From: Sedimentisphaerales bacterium
Lineage (GTDB): Bacteria; Planctomycetota; Phycisphaerae; Sedimentisphaerales; SM23-30
DNA length: 64,000 bases
Direction: 5' to 3'
NCBI GenBank assembly: GCA_963663965.2
Contig: CAXXFK010000025.1
Coordinates: 128,001 to 192,000 of the forward strand
The translations under genes were made by a program, and so were the position numbers. Below are positions 1-10,577 of the stretch, one piece after another; the first letter of the stretch is position 1, and each line of letters opens with the position of its first letter. A model generated the notes under the pieces. That model searched no databases. It had not been told where the DNA came from and saw only the letters and a program-made list of their open reading frames with translations.

Positions 1-2
1 TA

Positions 3-1643
3 TCGAAAAGTCAGTATGTTGCCGGGCAAAATACCACGATGGCAGTACTGGCCGGCGGTACTGGCCGGGTAATTTTTGGTACCTGGTATAGTTGCGAGTT
101 TACCTGGGAGCCAATCAGCGGGACCACCGGGGTATTCACGACTAATACGATTCAGTCCAACGGAACCGTACTGGATATCCTATCGGCAACGATTACATTG
201 CCGGAAACAGCTTATATAGGTTTTAGCAGCGCCAATGACGCGCTTCGAATTGATAATGTTGAAATCGATTACAAACCGGGTGCGATTGCCATTGAACCGG
301 CTGAACCGGAAAATGTATCACTGGATACATTATTAAAATGGGAATTTGTGCCTGAGGGTTATCCGGTTCTTTATTATGATGTCTGGTTTGGTACGGATCC
401 CAATCAGATTCCGGGCGAGAGCTGGAAGCAACTGGTTTATCAGGAAAACATCACCGAGGTTGATCCGGCTTCGCCGGAGAGCGCGTGGGGAACGGATCTG
501 CTAAATGGTGTTACCTATTACTGGCGGGTCGATGCTTACGAGCCGAATACGGTTGGCACCCTGTTGATACCGGGTGAGGTGTGGTCTTTTGCGACGATAC
601 CGCCGACTCCGATTGTAACCGGCCAACCGGAAGATTTGATGGTAGATCTGGGTGAGGATGCCGTCTTTGCGATAGTTGCGTCTGACGCGACTTCGTATGC
701 CTGGTATAAGAATGATGTGTTGATTGCCACTGACGATCCGGGCTATCAGGGTGCGGATACCGATACCCTGACGGTACTGGCGGTGGATGGCGATGATGAT
801 GGCTGGTATCATTGCGTACCGGAAAACAGCGCCGGACCGGCCAATCCTCCTTCGGAAAAAGCGGCCCTGACCGTTAAACGGTTGATGGCGAACTGGAAAT
901 TCGATCAGGCGACGGACCTGGCCGGTCAATACACTGACTCGGCTGAAGAGCATCATGCCCTGTTGTTGGAGCCGAATACCGCATTGACCTATGTAGCCGG
1001 TGTGGATGGTGACGCGATCCAGATGGACGCCATGAGCATCGCGAACGGTGGCACGTGGGACCCATCGGCGACCAGTAATCAGATTACGGTGAGTTGCTGG
1101 GTGAACTGGACCACTTCGGGCGGTTACCAGGGTATCGTCGGTAAAGCAGATGGATGGACCACTTCGAATCGCTGGTACTGGCGGACGGATCTGGATGTGG
1201 CGAGACTTCGCTGGTTCCGTAACAGCAGCTATGGGCCCGACATTACTTTGACGGTTAATCAGCAGTGGCAGTTTATCTGCATGACCGTTGCTGATGGCGT
1301 GGCGACTGGTTATGTGAACGGCTTGCAGATCGGTACTGCCAATTTCAGTTTTGGCGGCGGTGTGGCTGATCCGATCTGGATTGGCCGGGCTGAAAACCAT
1401 CCGGACCGCTGGTTTAACGGCGCAATAGATGATTTGCGGATTTATAACTACGCGATCGGCCCTGAAGCGGTTATCGAAGAATATAACCGGCTGATTGATC
1501 CGGATATCTCGACGTGTCTGTATCCTGATCAGGTGGGCGCGGGCGATGTCAATGGCGACTGCAAAGTTGACCTGGTTGATTTTGCTTTATTAACCGAAAG
1601 CTGGCTTAATTGCGGAATCTATCCGGTGAGTTTCTGCGAATAA
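3..1643 (+). CDS. Secreted modular protein, 5'-partial: FN3-like module, Ig-like domain, LamG/concanavalin-A-like domain, C-terminal 4-Cys half-dockerin
   Basis: Frame is open from the window edge (ORF track 39..1643). Motifs: YDVWFGTDPN...TYYWRVD...VWSF; Ig YAWYKND...DDGWYHC; LamG ITVSCWV...FNGAIDDLRIYN; tail GDVNGDCKVDLVDFALLTESWLNC. Confidence 0.8.
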   Translation, partial: SKSQYVAGQNTTMAVLAGGTGRVIFGTWYSCEFTWEPISGTTGVFTTNTIQSNGTVLDILSATITLPETAYIGFSSANDALRIDNVEIDYKPGAIAIEPAEPENVSLDTLLKWEFVPEGYPVLYYDVWFGTDPNQIPGESWKQLVYQENITEVDPASPESAWGTDLLNGVTYYWRVDAYEPNTVGTLLIPGEVWSFATIPPTPIVTGQPEDLMVDLGEDAVFAIVASDATSYAWYKNDVLIATDDPGYQGADTDTLTVLAVDGDDDGWYHCVPENSAGPANPPSEKAALTVKRLMANWKFDQATDLAGQYTDSAEEHHALLLEPNTALTYVAGVDGDAIQMDAMSIANGGTWDPSATSNQITVSCWVNWTTSGGYQGIVGKADGWTTSNRWYWRTDLDVARLRWFRNSSYGPDITLTVNQQWQFICMTVADGVATGYVNGLQIGTANFSFGGGVADPIWIGRAENHPDRWFNGAIDDLRIYNYAIGPEAVIEEYNRLIDPDISTCLYPDQVGAGDVNGDCKVDLVDFALLTESWLNCGIYPVSFCE

Positions 1644-1674
1644 GTTGAGTTGAAGGTATTGTAATAGAATGTGC

Positions 1675-1706
1675 GGGGCGGATTGTCTGAATAGGTGATC
1701 CGCCCC
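1675..1706 (+). terminator. GC-rich hairpin after the LamG gene (terminator or stabilising stem)
   Basis: GGGGCGGATTGTCT-GAAT-AGGTGATCCGCCCC pairs fully when G-U is allowed; the U-tract is weak. Confidence 0.5.
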
Positions 1707-1815
1707 ATTATGCCAGATGGCATTATGATTAGCCTGTGAAGCATTGTTTTTTTGCTAAAATTCTAGAGAATATAGTGACTTAGTTGAAACGATCTTCTGT
1801 TAATGGAAATCTTTT

Positions 1816-4512
1816 ATGAATAAGAGACTGGTTTTGATCATCCTATCGGGATTGTTATTTGTTTCAGTTAGATCAGGTTTGGCTCAAGCCGCATCTGTAC
1901 TGGTAGAGACCGAAAATTTTGATCAATCAGGAGGCTGGGTTGTCGATCAGCAGTTTATGGATCATATGGGTTCGCCTTTTCTGCTGGCGCATGGTATCAA
2001 CCGCGCGGTGGCCGACGCGAGTACGACGGTGACATTTCCAGAGACGGGCAACTATCGGGTCTGGGTGCGCACGCGAGACTGGACCGGCTACTGGAAAGAG
2101 CCGTTTGTGACGAGCGATTCGCCCAGGTATGCCCAGGGCGCGCCGGGCAAGTTTCTGGTGGGTGTGAACGGTCAGTATCTGGAGACCGTGTTTGGCACCG
2201 AGAATGCCGGCTGGCACTGGCAGGATGGGGGCATGGTTACGATTAATCAGACCGAGGTTACCTTGACGCTGCATGATCTGACCGGATATGAAGGGCGATG
2301 CGACGCAATTTTATTTACAACCGATAGTGAATTAATACCACCTAATGAGGATCCGGCGATGAAAGTCTGGCGGAGGTCATTGCTGGGTATTCCAGAGGTG
2401 CCGGTGGAGGCCGGTCATTATGATCTGGTGGTCATTGGCGGGGGGATGGCCGGGACCTGCGCAGCGATCTCGGCGGCGCGGGAGGGTTTGGCGGTGGCTT
2501 TGATTCAGGACAGGCCGGTACTGGGCGGTAACAATTCTTCGGAGGTTCGGGTGCATCTGGGTGGTACGGTTAATCATGCGCCATATCCGAAGATTGGCGA
2601 TATTGTTAACGAACTGGATTCCGGTAAGAGTGGCAACCGCGGGCCGGCTGAGAATTATGCTGATGATAAAAAACTGGTGATTGTCCGGAAGGAGTCGAAT
2701 ATCGACTTGTTTCTGGAGTATCGTGGAAATGAGGTTGAGATGTCCGGCTCGTCGATTGTGGCTGTGATCGCGGAGAGTACCCGCAACGGACAGCGACTTC
2801 GATTTACCGGCCGGACATTTGCCGATTGTACGGGTGATGGTGTAATTGGCTATCTGGCCGGCGCGGACTGGGAAATGACCGTGACCGATAGCAGCGCCAC
2901 CCGCATGGGGGCGTCGAATTTATGGCGTGTGATCGATACCGGAGCGCCGGTGGCGTTTCCGCATTTGCCTTGGGCGCTGAATCTGTATGGCAAGGCGATT
3001 CCCACCAACGATCTGGGCAACTGGTTCTGGGAGGGCGGTTTTTCGCATGATCCATTCGAGCAAGAGGAATACATCCGTGACTGGAATTTCCGGGCGGTTT
3101 ATGGGGCCTGGGACGCGCTCAAAAATGACCGGAACCTGCATCCCAACAGTCTGATCGAATGGCATGCATATATCGCCGGCAAGCGTGAATCGCGCCGTTT
3201 GCTGGGTGATGTGATTCTGACACGCGACGATTTATTCAATTCGGTGGTTTATCCGGACGGTTGTGTGCCGACGAGCTGGTCGGTGGATCTGCATTATGCC
3301 AACGATACCTATGGCAAGAACAACGGTCTGGCCGGGGATGAATTTATTTCCCGTTATATTCCGACCAACTATCCCCGACCCTACTGGGTGCCGTATCGTT
3401 GTTTATATTCCCGTAATATTGCCAATCTGTTTATGGCGGGCCGCAATATCAGTGTGACGCATGAGGCGCTGGGTACGGTGCGCGTGATGCGCACGACGGG
3501 GATGATGGGCGAGATTGTAGGACTGGCGGCGGCGATTTGTAAGGAGCAGGACTCCACACCGCGCGGTGTGTATACGGATCATCTCAGCGAGCTGAAGCGA
3601 TTGATGGGGCGCGCGGATGAACAGCCTCCGGCAGCACCAGCAGGTTTACGATCACTGTCCGGCGAAGGGAGTGTTTTTCTTGAGTGGAATGCCAATACGG
3701 AATCCGATTTGAATAGTTATACAGTATTTCGTTCGCAAGTATCCGGTGAGGGTTATGTCCAGATAGCCACAGTCGGAACAAATCAATATACGGATACCTC
3801 GGTTGAAAATGGATTGGTATACTATTATGTGGTTGCGGCTGTGGATAGCAGTTTTAATCAATCCGGTTATTCCGAGGAAGTTCGTGGCATGCCGAAATCG
3901 ATTCTGGATAAGATTGGCCGTAATCTGGCTCTGGATGCCGAGATTACGGTTTCAAGTACGTATCTGACGACTTACCCTTCGGTTTATCTTAACGATGGCG
4001 ATGATGGCTTACCTGATTTCGATAATAAGAAACGCTGGCTGAGTTCGGCTTCCAGTATTCCTGATTATGTGACGCTGACCTGGCCGGAACCGCGCTACTT
4101 GAGTGTATGCCGGATAGTATCGGGGTGGAATAACGGCAACGCCACGGTTGATCCGATTTCGGAGTTCGTGCTGCAATATTATGATGGTCAGGCCTGGATC
4201 GATATTCCGAAAACCGAGACAATAGACAATCCCCTGACTGTCTGGACACGAGTATTTCCCGCGGTGCGCAGCGATCAGTTTCGATTAAAGGTGATTACTA
4301 CTCCGGGTAATATTTCCCGGCTCTGGGAGATCGAATTTTATCATCCCCAGGCTGATCTCAATCAGGATGGGGTGGTGAGTTTACCTGATTTGATCCATTT
4401 CCATTCAGGGTGGTTAATGAATTCGGAGTCATTGATTGCGGATCTGGATTTTGATGGGACGATGGTTAATTTTTTGGATTTTAGTATTTTATCGGAGTTC
4501 TGGGGCTGGTAA
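1816..4512 (+). CDS. Secreted FAD-dependent oxidoreductase (FAD_oxidored-like) with FN3, discoidin/F5/8C-like and dockerin-like domains
   Basis: Sec-type signal peptide. Motifs: YDLVVIGGGMAGTCAAISAAR, LGGNNSSEVRV, DCTGDG, GKRESRRLLGD, PYRCLYS, NLFMAGRNIS. Ends with two D-L-x-x-D-G-x-V-x-x-x-D...W repeats. Confidence 0.85.
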   Translation: MNKRLVLIILSGLLFVSVRSGLAQAASVLVETENFDQSGGWVVDQQFMDHMGSPFLLAHGINRAVADASTTVTFPETGNYRVWVRTRDWTGYWKEPFVTSDSPRYAQGAPGKFLVGVNGQYLETVFGTENAGWHWQDGGMVTINQTEVTLTLHDLTGYEGRCDAILFTTDSELIPPNEDPAMKVWRRSLLGIPEVPVEAGHYDLVVIGGGMAGTCAAISAAREGLAVALIQDRPVLGGNNSSEVRVHLGGTVNHAPYPKIGDIVNELDSGKSGNRGPAENYADDKKLVIVRKESNIDLFLEYRGNEVEMSGSSIVAVIAESTRNGQRLRFTGRTFADCTGDGVIGYLAGADWEMTVTDSSATRMGASNLWRVIDTGAPVAFPHLPWALNLYGKAIPTNDLGNWFWEGGFSHDPFEQEEYIRDWNFRAVYGAWDALKNDRNLHPNSLIEWHAYIAGKRESRRLLGDVILTRDDLFNSVVYPDGCVPTSWSVDLHYANDTYGKNNGLAGDEFISRYIPTNYPRPYWVPYRCLYSRNIANLFMAGRNISVTHEALGTVRVMRTTGMMGEIVGLAAAICKEQDSTPRGVYTDHLSELKRLMGRADEQPPAAPAGLRSLSGEGSVFLEWNANTESDLNSYTVFRSQVSGEGYVQIATVGTNQYTDTSVENGLVYYYVVAAVDSSFNQSGYSEEVRGMPKSILDKIGRNLALDAEITVSSTYLTTYPSVYLNDGDDGLPDFDNKKRWLSSASSIPDYVTLTWPEPRYLSVCRIVSGWNNGNATVDPISEFVLQYYDGQAWIDIPKTETIDNPLTVWTRVFPAVRSDQFRLKVITTPGNISRLWEIEFYHPQADLNQDGVVSLPDLIHFHSGWLMNSESLIADLDFDGTMVNFLDFSILSEFWGW

Positions 4513-4645
4513 TACACAATCTTCCTTTTTTTTGTCAGTCGAGAAATATCGTAAATTGAATTTGGAATTTACGAGTTGTATCGATCAGGGTATGATATGC
4601 GGAAAATCGTTTGTATTATCCCGGTCTCTTTTACAGGAAATTAGT

Positions 4646-6616
4646 ATGTCAGATAGAATTTCAAGGATCGTTTTTATCGGGTTTAGTATCTGTTCATTTT
4701 CTTTATCCTTTGGGCAATTGGGCCCCATGCGATTACCGGCCGGGACGGCGGTTCAGCGTGACCTTCCGTATGTGACGAACGGTCATGAGCGCCAGAAGCT
4801 GGATTTGTATTTACCGGCTGAGGGTGAGAATCTGCCTTTGATTATCCATATTCATGGCGGAGCATTCCGGGCGGGCAGCAAAGAGGGAGGGGTGCCGTTA
4901 GCCTACTTGAATAAAGGGTATGCCATCGCTTCGATCAATTATCGCTTGAGTCAGCATGCCATTTTCCCGGCCCAGATTGAAGATTGCAAAGCGGCGGTAC
5001 GCTGGCTGCGGGCTCACGCGGTGGAATACCGGCTGGATCCGGATCGATTTGCCGCATGGGGGCCATCGGCTGGGGGGCATCTGGCGGCCATGCTGGGGAC
5101 TACCGGTGACAGCGGGTTGTTTGAGGTAGGTGAGCATCTGGACCAGTCCAGTGGTGTTCAGGCGGTGGTGGATTACTTTGGTCCGACCGATTTTTTACAG
5201 ATGGATGCCCATCGTCTGCCCAATGGCATGATGCATGATCCGGCTAATTCGCCGGAATCGCAGCTGGTGGGAGGAGCTATCCAGGAGAATAAAGAGAAAA
5301 CAGCCCGGGCTAATCCGATTACTTATATTACGGCCAAGGATCCACCATTTTTGATCTGTCATGGTGACCGGGATCCACTGGTGCCTCATCATCAAAGTGA
5401 ACTGCTGGAGGCCGCGCTGAAAAAAGCCGGTGTGCCGGTGATTTTTTATACAGTCGAAGGGGCGGGCCATGGCTGGTCCAACAGACCCAAAGTGGATGAG
5501 TTGACCAGCCAGTTTCTGGAAGATCATTTGAAATCGGTCAGTAAAGTTCAAAATACAGCGCCAAATCTGGATCTGGGCGCCATGGTACAGCCGGCGCCAG
5601 ATGGCAGCGGTTTCAGGCAGTCGGGCTATTTTGTCTGGGGCGGTTCACCGATTCGGACCGCGGATGGGCGTTGTCATCTGTATTATTCGCGCTGGCCGGT
5701 GGAGAAGGGATTTGCGCCGGGCTGGGCGATATATTCTGAGATCGCCTATGCCGTGGCCGATCAACCGGCCGGACCGTATCGATTTGTTAATGTGGCGTTG
5801 CCGCCTCGTCCGGTGAATCCACAAACCGGGCAGAAATACTGGGATGGCGATGTGACGCATAATCCCTGTGTGTTGCAGAAAGATGGCAGGTTTTACCTGT
5901 TTTACATGGGGAATCAGGGTGATGGGACTTATCCCGGTCATCGTAATAACCAGCGGATTGGGGTGGCGGTGGCGGAGAAGCCGGAAGGTCCGTGGCGACG
6001 ATTTGATCAGCCTGTGGTTGATGTCAGTTCGGATAAGGCTGCGTTTGATTCGTTATGTGTGACCAATCCGGCGGCTGCATTGCGGCCGGATGGCGGCATT
6101 CTGTTGATTTATAAAGCGGTGACTCACGCGGAAGGCAAGGTGATGGGCGGGCAGGTCCGTCATGGTATTGCGGTAGCGGATCAGCCGGAAGGGCCCTATA
6201 CCAAGATGCCGGGGAGGGTATTTGAAACGGAAGAAGAACAGGGCGAACAGTGGATGCTGGCGGAGGATCCTTATGTCTGGTACAGCCACCGGTATGGTGT
6301 GCGGTATTACGCGATCGTACGCGATGTAATTGGTACGTTTTGTGGTCAGAAGGGGGGACTGGCATTGTTTGAATCTTCGGATGGTTTCCAGTGGCGGCCC
6401 GGGGCTTGTCCCAAAGTGCTGGATACCTATTTTCTTTGGGCGGATGGTTCACGCAATGGCAGCCGGGTGGAGCGGCCGGCGCTGTTGTTTGAGAATGAGG
6501 TTCCGGTGTTGCTGTTTGGGGCGACTGATGGCTATCAGCCGCAGGGGCGGATCAGCTTTAATGTCCAGATTCCACTGGACAGTAAAAATGACCTTGCGAA
6601 TCATGGCGGTGGTTGA
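4646..6616 (+). CDS. Alpha/beta-hydrolase (BD-FAE-type esterase) fused to a five-bladed beta-propeller glycoside hydrolase (GH43/GH117-like)
   Basis: Start moved to ATG 4646 (AGGA upstream, signal peptide follows). Esterase motifs HGGAF, GPSAGG, HGDRD, GAGHG. Propeller motifs VWGGSPI, HNPCV, TNPAA, AEDPYVW, ERPALL. Confidence 0.8.
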   Translation: MSDRISRIVFIGFSICSFSLSFGQLGPMRLPAGTAVQRDLPYVTNGHERQKLDLYLPAEGENLPLIIHIHGGAFRAGSKEGGVPLAYLNKGYAIASINYRLSQHAIFPAQIEDCKAAVRWLRAHAVEYRLDPDRFAAWGPSAGGHLAAMLGTTGDSGLFEVGEHLDQSSGVQAVVDYFGPTDFLQMDAHRLPNGMMHDPANSPESQLVGGAIQENKEKTARANPITYITAKDPPFLICHGDRDPLVPHHQSELLEAALKKAGVPVIFYTVEGAGHGWSNRPKVDELTSQFLEDHLKSVSKVQNTAPNLDLGAMVQPAPDGSGFRQSGYFVWGGSPIRTADGRCHLYYSRWPVEKGFAPGWAIYSEIAYAVADQPAGPYRFVNVALPPRPVNPQTGQKYWDGDVTHNPCVLQKDGRFYLFYMGNQGDGTYPGHRNNQRIGVAVAEKPEGPWRRFDQPVVDVSSDKAAFDSLCVTNPAAALRPDGGILLIYKAVTHAEGKVMGGQVRHGIAVADQPEGPYTKMPGRVFETEEEQGEQWMLAEDPYVWYSHRYGVRYYAIVRDVIGTFCGQKGGLALFESSDGFQWRPGACPKVLDTYFLWADGSRNGSRVERPALLFENEVPVLLFGATDGYQPQGRISFNVQIPLDSKNDLANHGGG

Positions 6617-6632
6617 GGTCCTTGCGCGGTTC

Positions 6633-9600
6633 CTATGGGTCGATTTCCAATTGGACCGGGCCAAGCAGGCCGGAGACCGTGGCGCCGCGATAATGGGTTG
6701 GAATCGTGACGTAGTGATTGGCCAGGGTATTATATACAAAAATTTCGATAAGGTTATCTCCTGGTTTTAAAAGGGATGAAAGTTTCAGGCGCCAGGGCGG
6801 GGCCACTTTGACTCCTGCGGACTGGCCGTTGATAAACACTTCGGCTGAAGCTGCGACCTGTCCCAGATCGAGTATTGGATTGGCCTGGATCTGCCGGGCG
6901 GTGAGGCGGATTGTCCGGCGGTACCACGCACCTCCGGAATAGGTTTCGAGTACTCCCATTCTGGACCAGTCTCCCAGTTGTTCAATTTCTCCCGGGCCAC
7001 ATTCAAGTTGGATAAAGTCGCCGAAGGCTGCGCCCCCGTACTCTCCGCGCAGTTGTGCTACCCGCAGGGCGACTACCACCGGATGCCGCGCCGGTTGGGG
7101 TAACTGCGCCTGCACAGAGTTGGCTTCCCTTCGTACCGGCAATAATTGTCCATTTGCCCAAACCTGGACCTGGCCTGGCGTGGGGATCGTCAGAGTGCGC
7201 AGGCCCGGTGGTGCGGTAAAACGATACCAACCTGCCGGCTGCGTTGTTTGGGGCCGGGTATCGAACGGCAGGCGATCGGGATCCTGATACCAGCGTGTGG
7301 CCAGGTCGGTATTCCAGGGCATTTTTTGAGATTCAGCGTGATTGATATCCAGTTGCGGCGGGCCCATCCCATGATTGGCCCATAGACTGTCGTTAAAAGG
7401 AGAGATAATCCGGGCAGACATCCAGGCATTCCTCGTCAAGGTGATATTGGGCCAATCCGCGGGAGCCACTGGTGTGACGAGCCAGGAAGAATCAGTACCC
7501 AAACGTGTGACAGAGCCGTTCTCTTGTTCAATTACGATCTCGGCAATCAACGCCCCCGCATCGCCATCGTTGCGGGCTTTGATGGCAATCGAATTGCTTT
7601 CCTGGTGCAGGGACGCGGTTACATCGTATTCCTGTATGCGGTTCCATGCCGAACCCTGACCGATTTCGCGGCCATTGACATACAGGGTGTAGCCATTATC
7701 GCAAGTAATGCGGATATGACAGGATGCCGGTAACACAGGCAGATCGAATTTGCGGAGGAAATATCGGGTGGCCGCTTCATGTGAGTTGTCGGGATCCCAG
7801 ATCCAGTTGGCAGCTGTTGTGAAAGGATTTTCCTGTTGGTCAATACCCTTTGAGCCGAACAGAAACCATCCGCGGCCTGTCTGGTCATAACGAAGCAGCA
7901 GCGGATTGGATCCCGAATGCAATGTGGCCGAACGAGCTTTGGGGTCCAGAGGTGAACCGTTTAACCAGGCGGCAGTCGGCAGCAGCCCTCCCCGCGAAAC
8001 AGGTGTTTCGTCATGATTGGCAGCGAATACCGTAGTCCAGAGATAATAACGTGTACCGCCCGGTTCTGGTACGCGGTTGCAGTTGGGGTTGCCATGACGA
8101 ATAGCACCCAGCCCGATGAGATCATCCGATACTTGAATTTTGAGGCCATGGTAGCCCTGATGTCCACAATCCTCTTCCATACCATAGCGCCAGGAAAACT
8201 CATACGGTTGCCATTGAAAGGCTTTTCCGGCGACGATAATGGACTTTTCGGGATCGACGGTCTGAAGTTGCGCGAGCACGGCATCCGCATCGGCACTGTC
8301 GGGTAAGGGCCCCAGTTTCCAGAACCGTGGCCCGAATCCGCAGGTTACCGTCCGCCAGGCAGAATCATCGAATTGTGGATCCTGCCAGCCGGGATTGGGC
8401 GTTGTTTCGTCGGCATATTCCAGTCGGCGCGCCTCGGCTCCGATCAGGGCCTGAGTGGGCGGCCAGTGAAAATCGCCAAAGCGGTTATCGAGTGTCGGCT
8501 GTAATTCAAATTCCCAGGGACCATCGAGAGGAATAATCTGCGGGGAGTGATCTGCGTATTCCTTATTTAGAATAGCCGGTCCCGGACTGAACACGATCAG
8601 TTGCATTTCCTTTTCGCCCAGGGGCAGTTTGAGGCGGGTGCCATTGGCATCCTGAGATACGATGGCCAAAGGTTGTATCGTACCGGACCATGGATCCCAG
8701 AGTTCAACCTGGCCGTGACAGCGGAAAAAGACTTCGGTATTTTGGGGCGCATGGTAAACGGCATAAAGATCACGCGGTCCGATCCTGCGATGCAGGATGT
8801 AGCCGGGGCCCTGGTAGTCACGCAGAGGGAGATGGGCGATGATGTTAGAGGTTGAACCAGTGGGAAAGAGTTCTTTGACTAATGCCGCGACTTCAGGATC
8901 ATCGCGTCCGATCCGATCGCTGGCTTCCGGCAGAGCGCCGACGGCCAGAACAATACCGCCGGCACGATGGAATTCGACGGCTTTGAGAAGGGTTGAGTGT
9001 CGCACGGCGCGCATACCGGGCAGGATCAACACGCGATAGCGTTCGCCAGCCACGTGGAGTTCCCGATTAACCACTTGTGCCCGGGCCAGGGACTCGAAAT
9101 CCATAAAATCAAAATCAAAGCCTTCTTGATAAATCTGCTGGGCGGTGTTGAAGGCTGCCTGAACCGCTTCCTGACCCCCAAGATTCGCCTGGACCGGTGC
9201 GACGGGATAAAGAATCGCGACGTCGCAGCGATGGTGTCCCTGACTAAACAAAAAGGCAAGCCGCTGCTGGCAGTCCATGAAACCGCGCAGGTGTTTCCAG
9301 TAGGGCATCCGGAAGGTATTATCCGGCGGCGCCCATTCCCACCAGCCGCCGTGAGTGGAGTAGTACATGCCATGCAGGCCAAGCAGATTGAAGCCCATGG
9401 CATAATTCGCAAAGGTGGCATCCACCAGGCTTGCCGGGGTCGTGCCCCAACCGCTGCCGTAAAATCCTTCCAGCCAGACCCGTGGCCGCTGATACAGGTG
9501 GGCGATGGAGGCGGCTACTTTGGCCTTGATCAGATCCTTGCTCAGATTGGGCTGATCGGCGCCGGGACCCTGATTCCAGCGCTGGGTTCGGAAATAATCG

Positions 9601-10577
9601 CCGAACTCATCCACGCGCCTGCCCCGGCCGCCATGGTCGCAGCCCATTATCATGCCGCGCTGCTGGTGCCATTGGTATACCGGCTGAAAGAAACCCTCTT
9701 CGGTCAAGGCGACTTTCACATCGCTATAGTCCAGACGGATTTTGGGAGTACGCGGGCCGATATCATTAAAGAGAGCGGTCAGTTCGGTGGTAATATCATA
9801 GCCTTTGCGTTGCTGAAACTCCCGGGCGAAATTGGCAGACCAGAGCAGGCCATCGACCCCGAACCCCAGTTCATCTGAGAAGAAGAAGTTCAGACCTTTA
9901 CCCCCTTCGTTGGGGAAATGGTGGTCAAACTGGCCGAAAAAGGCTTCGGCATACAGTTGACCTGACAATGGATGCATAGGATTCAGCGACCAGGGCACGG
10001 TTTCCGGCCGGACCTGGCCATCCGGGTTCAAACGGAGTCGCATGCCGGTGATTTCGGGGTGTGCTTTCAAGAGATCGTCAACGAACCAACCCTGGCCGAA
10101 TCCCAGGGTGTAATCGCTCAGACTGATGCCGGCGCCCTGTTTTTGGGCTTCGGCCATAAACCAGCCGGTCAGGGCCCACCACTGATCAGAAAACAGCGGT
10201 GGATCGCTGGGATAGGTCAGGCCGTAGGTACGCCCGCCTTTATCCGAATGGGCGTAATTGATTTGATAACCGGAAACCCCCATATCCTTCATCTGGTCGA
10301 GTTGCCAGGTTAATCGTTCCCGGGTCAGCGGATCACCCAGCCACCAGTAGAAGGGCACAATACCATAACCCGGAGGGGGAGTTTGAAAACCCGGTTTGAC
10401 ATCGAAATCTGGTTCGCGATGAGGGAATCCAATCGCTCCGGCCGGGGAAGCCTGGGAATCCGATTGGGCACAGAATGATCTATCAGTAATCATGGCTAAA
10501 TGGATACTTAAAATCAATATTCCTAACCATATATTGCGAGCCGTTATCTTATTCCTATCGCGCATTGGTTTCTCCAT
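6633..10577 (-). CDS. Glycoside hydrolase, GH106 (alpha-L-rhamnosidase)-like, with a CBM67-like domain and C-terminal GH2-type beta-sandwich
   Basis: Signal peptide. Motifs: PFYWWLGDPLTRERLTWQLDQM, FFFSDE, KVAASIAHLY, CDVAILYP; AANWIW...RITCDNGYTLYVNG; YSGGAWYRR...LDLGQV...NTLAN...SGLLGPV. Confidence 0.75.
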   Translation of the reverse strand: MEKPMRDRNKITARNIWLGILILSIHLAMITDRSFCAQSDSQASPAGAIGFPHREPDFDVKPGFQTPPPGYGIVPFYWWLGDPLTRERLTWQLDQMKDMGVSGYQINYAHSDKGGRTYGLTYPSDPPLFSDQWWALTGWFMAEAQKQGAGISLSDYTLGFGQGWFVDDLLKAHPEITGMRLRLNPDGQVRPETVPWSLNPMHPLSGQLYAEAFFGQFDHHFPNEGGKGLNFFFSDELGFGVDGLLWSANFAREFQQRKGYDITTELTALFNDIGPRTPKIRLDYSDVKVALTEEGFFQPVYQWHQQRGMIMGCDHGGRGRRVDEFGDYFRTQRWNQGPGADQPNLSKDLIKAKVAASIAHLYQRPRVWLEGFYGSGWGTTPASLVDATFANYAMGFNLLGLHGMYYSTHGGWWEWAPPDNTFRMPYWKHLRGFMDCQQRLAFLFSQGHHRCDVAILYPVAPVQANLGGQEAVQAAFNTAQQIYQEGFDFDFMDFESLARAQVVNRELHVAGERYRVLILPGMRAVRHSTLLKAVEFHRAGGIVLAVGALPEASDRIGRDDPEVAALVKELFPTGSTSNIIAHLPLRDYQGPGYILHRRIGPRDLYAVYHAPQNTEVFFRCHGQVELWDPWSGTIQPLAIVSQDANGTRLKLPLGEKEMQLIVFSPGPAILNKEYADHSPQIIPLDGPWEFELQPTLDNRFGDFHWPPTQALIGAEARRLEYADETTPNPGWQDPQFDDSAWRTVTCGFGPRFWKLGPLPDSADADAVLAQLQTVDPEKSIIVAGKAFQWQPYEFSWRYGMEEDCGHQGYHGLKIQVSDDLIGLGAIRHGNPNCNRVPEPGGTRYYLWTTVFAANHDETPVSRGGLLPTAAWLNGSPLDPKARSATLHSGSNPLLLRYDQTGRGWFLFGSKGIDQQENPFTTAANWIWDPDNSHEAATRYFLRKFDLPVLPASCHIRITCDNGYTLYVNGREIGQGSAWNRIQEYDVTASLHQESNSIAIKARNDGDAGALIAEIVIEQENGSVTRLGTDSSWLVTPVAPADWPNITLTRNAWMSARIISPFNDSLWANHGMGPPQLDINHAESQKMPWNTDLATRWYQDPDRLPFDTRPQTTQPAGWYRFTAPPGLRTLTIPTPGQVQVWANGQLLPVRREANSVQAQLPQPARHPVVVALRVAQLRGEYGGAAFGDFIQLECGPGEIEQLGDWSRMGVLETYSGGAWYRRTIRLTARQIQANPILDLGQVAASAEVFINGQSAGVKVAPPWRLKLSSLLKPGDNLIEIFVYNTLANHYVTIPTHYRGATVSGLLGPVQLEIDP

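Noticed and set aside
501..1400. Long antisense ORFs (also 8997..9878, 49039..50007, 60861..61745)
   Set aside because: They are shadows of well-supported genes on the other strand and have no motifs.
4436..4645. 70-codon N-terminal extension of the esterase ORF
   Set aside because: It overlaps the upstream gene and is AT-rich; the signal peptide and SD point to ATG 4646.
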